This document shows positions 60,146 to 64,000 of a stretch of DNA of 64,000 nucleotides, one piece after another (within the stretch, counting starts at the first letter, position 1; every line of letters begins with the position of its first letter). The notes below the pieces were generated by a model. The model did not search any database, was not told the origin of the DNA, and saw only the letters and a program-made list of their open reading frames with translations. The position numbers and the translations under genes were made by a program. Origin of the DNA: Dehalococcoidia bacterium. GTDB lineage: Bacteria > Chloroflexota > Dehalococcoidia > Lucifugimonadales > UBA1127. The DNA is taken from the NCBI GenBank assembly GCA_034422455.1, contig DAOUJQ010000023.1, positions 108,290 to 172,289 on the forward strand. Direction: 5' to 3'.

Positions 60146-60186
60146 AGAGCCCCGCCGATCGATTGATCGGCGGGGCTCTTCTTTTG
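60146..60186 (+). terminator. Rho-independent terminator
   Basis: 15-bp stem AGAGCCCCGCCGATC/GATCGGCGGGGCTCT followed by TCTTTT. Confidence 0.85.
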
Positions 60187-60200
60187 CCTGGTTCCATTGC

Positions 60201-60309
60201 CCCCATCCGTTCGCCCTGAGCTTGCCGAAGGGTCTCACGAACGGATGGGGCCGCCGCCATTTCCCTCAACCCCGACCTCGTCATTCCCGCGAAAGCGGGA
60301 ATGACGAGG
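60201..60309. repeat. Two REP-like palindromic elements
   Basis: CCCCATCCGTTCG/CGAACGGATGGGG arms around CCCTGAGCTTGCCGAAGGG, then a perfect 15-bp stem CCTCGTCATTCCCGC-GAAA-GCGGGAATGACGAGG. Confidence 0.75.
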
Positions 60310-60363
60310 GGCTGGGAGGAGGGCGGCGCCCCCTGCAGGAGCGCGTTCAACCGCAATACGCGG

Positions 60364-61773
60364 CTAGGTGCGGTAGCGGAACTTGCCCTCGACGCGGTCG
60401 CGATTGAGCTTCCGGTTCAGGTGCAGGCCGTCCAGCACGAACTCCGCGCCGGACGCAAAGAGCGCCTCCTGCTTCCGGGGGTCTACGCCCAAGCGCTCCG
60501 CCATGGGCGCCAGCCCGGCCTCGCCGCCCAGCCGTTCGGCATAGGCGAAGGAGGGCACGTCGCTGCCGGCCTCGACCTCCAGCCCCTCGTCGAACCGCAG
60601 CACCAGGTCGGTGAAGTCGACGGGGTCGAAGTGGCGGTTGAAGACGTTGAGCACGGCCTTCTTGGTCAGCTCGTCCACCACGCGGTTCTCGCGGCCGTCC
60701 TCCACCGTCTCCAGCTCCACCTTGCCCAGCGTGGATGCGACGATGTACGGCAGGTCCGACACCCGAGGCACGGCCTGCGTCTCCTTGTACCGGATCGCCC
60801 GGCGCAGGGCGCAGGCCGCCAGCGTCTCGTAGTTGGCGATGGACACGCGGACGGAGACGCCGGAGCGCTGGTTGATGTCCGGGCTGCGGCGGGCCAGCGC
60901 CGTGAACTCCGCGATGATCTCCGACATGAAACCGGGCACCACCACGGCCTCCTCCGTGTCGGCGAAGCGGGAGCGCTCCTGCTCCACGATGGCCGCCTCT
61001 TCCTCCACCGTCCTGGGGTAGTGGGTGCGGATCAGGGCGCCGTAGCGGTCTTTCAGCGGCGTGATGATGCGGCCGCGGTTGGTGTAGTCCTCCGGGTTGG
61101 CGCTGGCCACCACGAAGACGTCCAGCGGCAGCCGCACCCGGTGGCCGCGGATCTGGATGTCCCGCTCCTCCATCAGGTTGAAGAGGCCCACCTGGATGCG
61201 CTCGGCCAGGTCCGGCAGCTCGTTGATGCAGAAGATGCCCCGGTTGGCGCGCGGGATGAGGCCGAAGTGGATGGTGAGCTCGTCCGAGAGGTAGCGGCCC
61301 TCGGCCACCTTGATGGGGTCGATCTCGCCGATGAGGTCCGCCACGGAGATGTCCGGGGTGGCCAGCTTCTCCGCGTACCGCTGGTCGCGGGGCAGCCAGT
61401 CGATCTCCAGGTCGTTCCCCTCCTCGGCGGCCCGGGTGCGGCACGCGAGGCAGATGGGTGCGAAGGGGTTGTCGTTGATCTCGCACCCCCGGATCACCGG
61501 CGTCTCCTCGTCCAGGAACTCCACCAGGTTGCGGATGATGCGCGACTTGGCCTGGCCGCGCTCTCCCAGGAAGATGATGTCCTGCCCGGCCAGGATGGCG
61601 TTCTCCACCTGCGGGATGACGGTGTCCTCGTAGCCCATGACGCCGGGGAAGAGATCGCTGCCGTCCCGCATGCGCGCCATCAGGTTGCGGCGGATCTCCT
61701 CGCGCACGGGCAACACGCGGTGGCCGGACTTTCGAAGCTCGCCGAGCGTGGCCGCCCTCTGCGGTTCAGCCAT
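60364..61773 (-). CDS. Magnesium-chelatase-subunit-I-like / MoxR-type AAA+ ATPase
   Basis: LGERGQAKSR, EKLATPD, INELPDLAERIQ and ASANPEDYTNRGRII motifs. Confidence 0.85.
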   Translation of the reverse strand: MAEPQRAATLGELRKSGHRVLPVREEIRRNLMARMRDGSDLFPGVMGYEDTVIPQVENAILAGQDIIFLGERGQAKSRIIRNLVEFLDEETPVIRGCEINDNPFAPICLACRTRAAEEGNDLEIDWLPRDQRYAEKLATPDISVADLIGEIDPIKVAEGRYLSDELTIHFGLIPRANRGIFCINELPDLAERIQVGLFNLMEERDIQIRGHRVRLPLDVFVVASANPEDYTNRGRIITPLKDRYGALIRTHYPRTVEEEAAIVEQERSRFADTEEAVVVPGFMSEIIAEFTALARRSPDINQRSGVSVRVSIANYETLAACALRRAIRYKETQAVPRVSDLPYIVASTLGKVELETVEDGRENRVVDELTKKAVLNVFNRHFDPVDFTDLVLRFDEGLEVEAGSDVPSFAYAERLGGEAGLAPMAERLGVDPRKQEALFASGAEFVLDGLHLNRKLNRDRVEGKFRYRT

Positions 61774-61959
61774 GGGGCCCTCCTGGAATGGAAAGTTGGC
61801 CGGAACGCCTGTGAAGGGTTTTCAGTCTTGCACCGGTACGAAATCATGTCAACCGAGGGCCGCAACTCCTGCCGTGCCGCCTTTTATGTGGTGGGGGCCT
61901 ATGCTACCATTCCGGTAAGCCTCCGCCCCGCTGTCCGGGGCCTGGAACGGAGCATAACA

Positions 61960-62499
61960 GTGCCGCCTGTCCAACCCCTCGTCAACGTGTTGGTGTTCCC
62001 GTCTTTCCGGCGCTGCGTCACGCAGAAGCGCCTGCGCAGCGTCGCGTTGGCGGCCATCGACGTCGGCGTCTCGGGCGGCACGGCGGGAGACCCCGCGCGA
62101 TGCGAGGTCAGCGTCGTCATCGCCGACGACGAGGCGATGCTGGAGCTGAACGAACGGCACCGCGGCGAGGCTGAGGTGACGGACGTCCTCTCGTTCTCGC
62201 CCCACCACGCGGGGGAGTATGAGGGTGACGACCCGCCGCCCGTTGCGGACGACTTCCCAGACTTCCCCACGCCCGACGGCGAGACGGACGAGCTCGGCGA
62301 CGTGGTCATCTCCTACCCGCAGGCCAAGCGGCAGGCGCGGCAGGCCCGTCGCCCCGTCGCCCTGGAGGTCGAGACCCTCGTCGCGCACGGCGTCCTGCAC
62401 CTGCTCGGCTACGACCACGCCGAGCCGGACGAAGAGCGGGCGATGTTCGCGCTGCAGGACGCCGCCCTGGCCCGCGCCGGCGGCGATACGGCAAGGTAG
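61960..62499 (+). CDS. ybeY: rRNA maturation endoribonuclease YbeY
   Basis: LNERHRG...TDVLSF, LGDVVIS and HGVLHLLGYDH motifs. Confidence 0.93.
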   Translation: MPPVQPLVNVLVFPSFRRCVTQKRLRSVALAAIDVGVSGGTAGDPARCEVSVVIADDEAMLELNERHRGEAEVTDVLSFSPHHAGEYEGDDPPPVADDFPDFPTPDGETDELGDVVISYPQAKRQARQARRPVALEVETLVAHGVLHLLGYDHAEPDEERAMFALQDAALARAGGDTAR

Positions 62500-62506
62500 G
62501 CGCACC

Positions 62507-64000
62507 GTGGCGGAGCAGGTCCTCTACAGGAAGTGGCGTCCGCAGCGCTTTGCGGACGTTTCCGGCCAGGACGCCGTGGTGCAGACGCTGCGCCAGGCCG
62601 TCAAGCAGGGCCGCGTCGCCCACGCCTACCTCTTCTGCGGGCCGCGCGGCACCGGCAAGACGACGGCCGCCCGCATCCTCGCCAAGGCGCTCAACTGCCG
62701 GAGCCTCGACCCCGCCCTCGGCGAGCCCCATGACGGCGACCCCGACAACACCTGCCCCTTCTGCCTCGACGTGAACGAGGGCCGCGCCCTCGACCTCGTC
62801 GAGATGGACGCCGCCAGCCACCGGGGCATTGACGACGTCCGCAACCTGCAGGAGCGTGTCTTCGGCGCCGGTCCCGCGCAGGGCCGCGCCAAGGTGTACA
62901 TCATCGACGAGGTCCACATGCTCACGGACTTCGCCTTCAACGCGCTCCTCAAGACGCTGGAGGAGCCCGCGCCGTGGGTCTACTTCATCCTCTGCACCAC
63001 GGAGCCGCACCGGGTCCTGGCCACCATCGTCTCCCGCTGCCAGCGATTCGACTTCCGCCGCCTCGCGCCGCGCGACGTGCAGGCACGATTGCAGACCGTC
63101 TGCGAGGGCGAGGGCTTCGAATGCGAGCCCGACGCCCTCGCCGCCATCGCCCGCGCCACCGGCGGCAGCGTCCGTGACGCCCTCAACATCCTGGAGCAGA
63201 CGGCCCTCTCCTACGGCAACTCCGTAAGCATGCCCGGCGTGGAGGAGCTGCTCGGCCTCAGCCGCGACCCGCGCGCGCTGGAGCTGGTGCGCAACGTCCT
63301 CGCGGGCAATCTGAAGGACGCCCTCCGCGTCACCGCGGACGCCTCCTCCGGCGGCCTGGAGCCCGGCCCCTTCCACCGCGAGGTCGTCGACCGGCTCCGC
63401 GCCGTGCTGCTGCACAAGTCCGGCGTCGGTGGCGACGAGTCCGCGGACGCGCAGGACTCGGTGAAGGAGATCGCCGACGCAACGGAGTGGCCCGCGCTGC
63501 TCCGGGCCCTCCGCATCGTGGGACGGGCCAACCTCCGCACCGGCGAGGGCGCGGCGTGGCTCCCCTTCGAGCTCGCCGTCATCGAGGCGGCGTCGCCGGC
63601 CGAGGAACCCGTCGTTGCAGCGCCCGCAGCCGCGGCGCCCGCAGCCGCGGCCCCACAGCCGCCGAGCGCCGAAAGAGGCCCACGCCCGCCCACGCCCCCT
63701 CGCGCCGGCCCGTCACCGTGGGACCAACCGCCTCCCGCCAGCCCACCGGTGCGCGACGCCGGCGTCCGTGCGCCGGAGCCCGCTATCCCCATCCCGGAGG
63801 GCGCCCGGGCCGTGCAGGACGAAGAGTGGTCCGCGCTGGTAAACCCCCTGCGGCGCCACAAGGGCAAGAAGTTCGTGCTGGGCTCCCTGTTGCTGGACTG
63901 CCGGCAGCGCTACGTCGAGGATGCCACGCTGGTGCTCGTCTTCAAGAACGCCGCCAACCGTGACCGGCTGCAGGAGGAGATGGAGCACGCGCCCAGCAAG
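62507..64000 (+). CDS. dnaX: DNA polymerase III gamma/tau subunit; truncated by window end
   Basis: LYRKWRPQRF, HAYLFCGPRGTGKTT, IIDEVHML, FNALLKTLEEP and SRCQRFDF motifs; frame stays open to 64000 and is absent from the ORF track. Confidence 0.95.
   Translation, partial: MAEQVLYRKWRPQRFADVSGQDAVVQTLRQAVKQGRVAHAYLFCGPRGTGKTTAARILAKALNCRSLDPALGEPHDGDPDNTCPFCLDVNEGRALDLVEMDAASHRGIDDVRNLQERVFGAGPAQGRAKVYIIDEVHMLTDFAFNALLKTLEEPAPWVYFILCTTEPHRVLATIVSRCQRFDFRRLAPRDVQARLQTVCEGEGFECEPDALAAIARATGGSVRDALNILEQTALSYGNSVSMPGVEELLGLSRDPRALELVRNVLAGNLKDALRVTADASSGGLEPGPFHREVVDRLRAVLLHKSGVGGDESADAQDSVKEIADATEWPALLRALRIVGRANLRTGEGAAWLPFELAVIEAASPAEEPVVAAPAAAAPAAAAPQPPSAERGPRPPTPPRAGPSPWDQPPPASPPVRDAGVRAPEPAIPIPEGARAVQDEEWSALVNPLRRHKGKKFVLGSLLLDCRQRYVEDATLVLVFKNAANRDRLQEEMEHAPSK

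Noticed and set aside
62507-64000. Programmed frameshift in dnaX
   Set aside because: No A-rich slippery heptamer seen in the portion inside the window.

Overview
High-GC bacterial chromosome segment, most likely Chloroflexota, class Dehalococcoidia (SAR202-like). This is inferred from the insertion-bearing RpoD, paired LLM flavin monooxygenases, many Pro/Thr-linker lipoproteins and the style of the hypothetical proteins; no database search was run. Housekeeping genes (pheST, moeA, rpoD, dnaG, rluD, lspA, sat/cysC, EF-G2, mutY, tRNA-Lys/Leu, glcDEF, purL, ybeY, dnaX) are interleaved with accessory genes. The accessory set includes an orphan HigA next to a low-GC protease, a split D-glutamate-cyclase-like pair, a lipoprotein multicopper oxidase, hicB-hicA, a flavin-enzyme catabolic block after the tRNAs and redoxin lipoproteins. 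The most striking element is an isolated phage head module: an intact SPP1-gp6-like portal gene and a probable capsid-scaffold gene. They face each other among housekeeping genes in host-like GC, with no terminase, capsid, tail, integrase or lysis gene in the window, so they may belong to a domesticated, dispersed capsid or GTA-like system. Other notable items are a Cwh43/PGAP2IP-like membrane phosphoesterase, a 90-bp direct repeat bracketing a GNAT gene, a sortase-type PDTGD-tailed surface protein, a poly-His MoeA tail and several REP-like palindrome families. Family calls come from motif recognition by eye, and start codons were chosen by RBS inspection.
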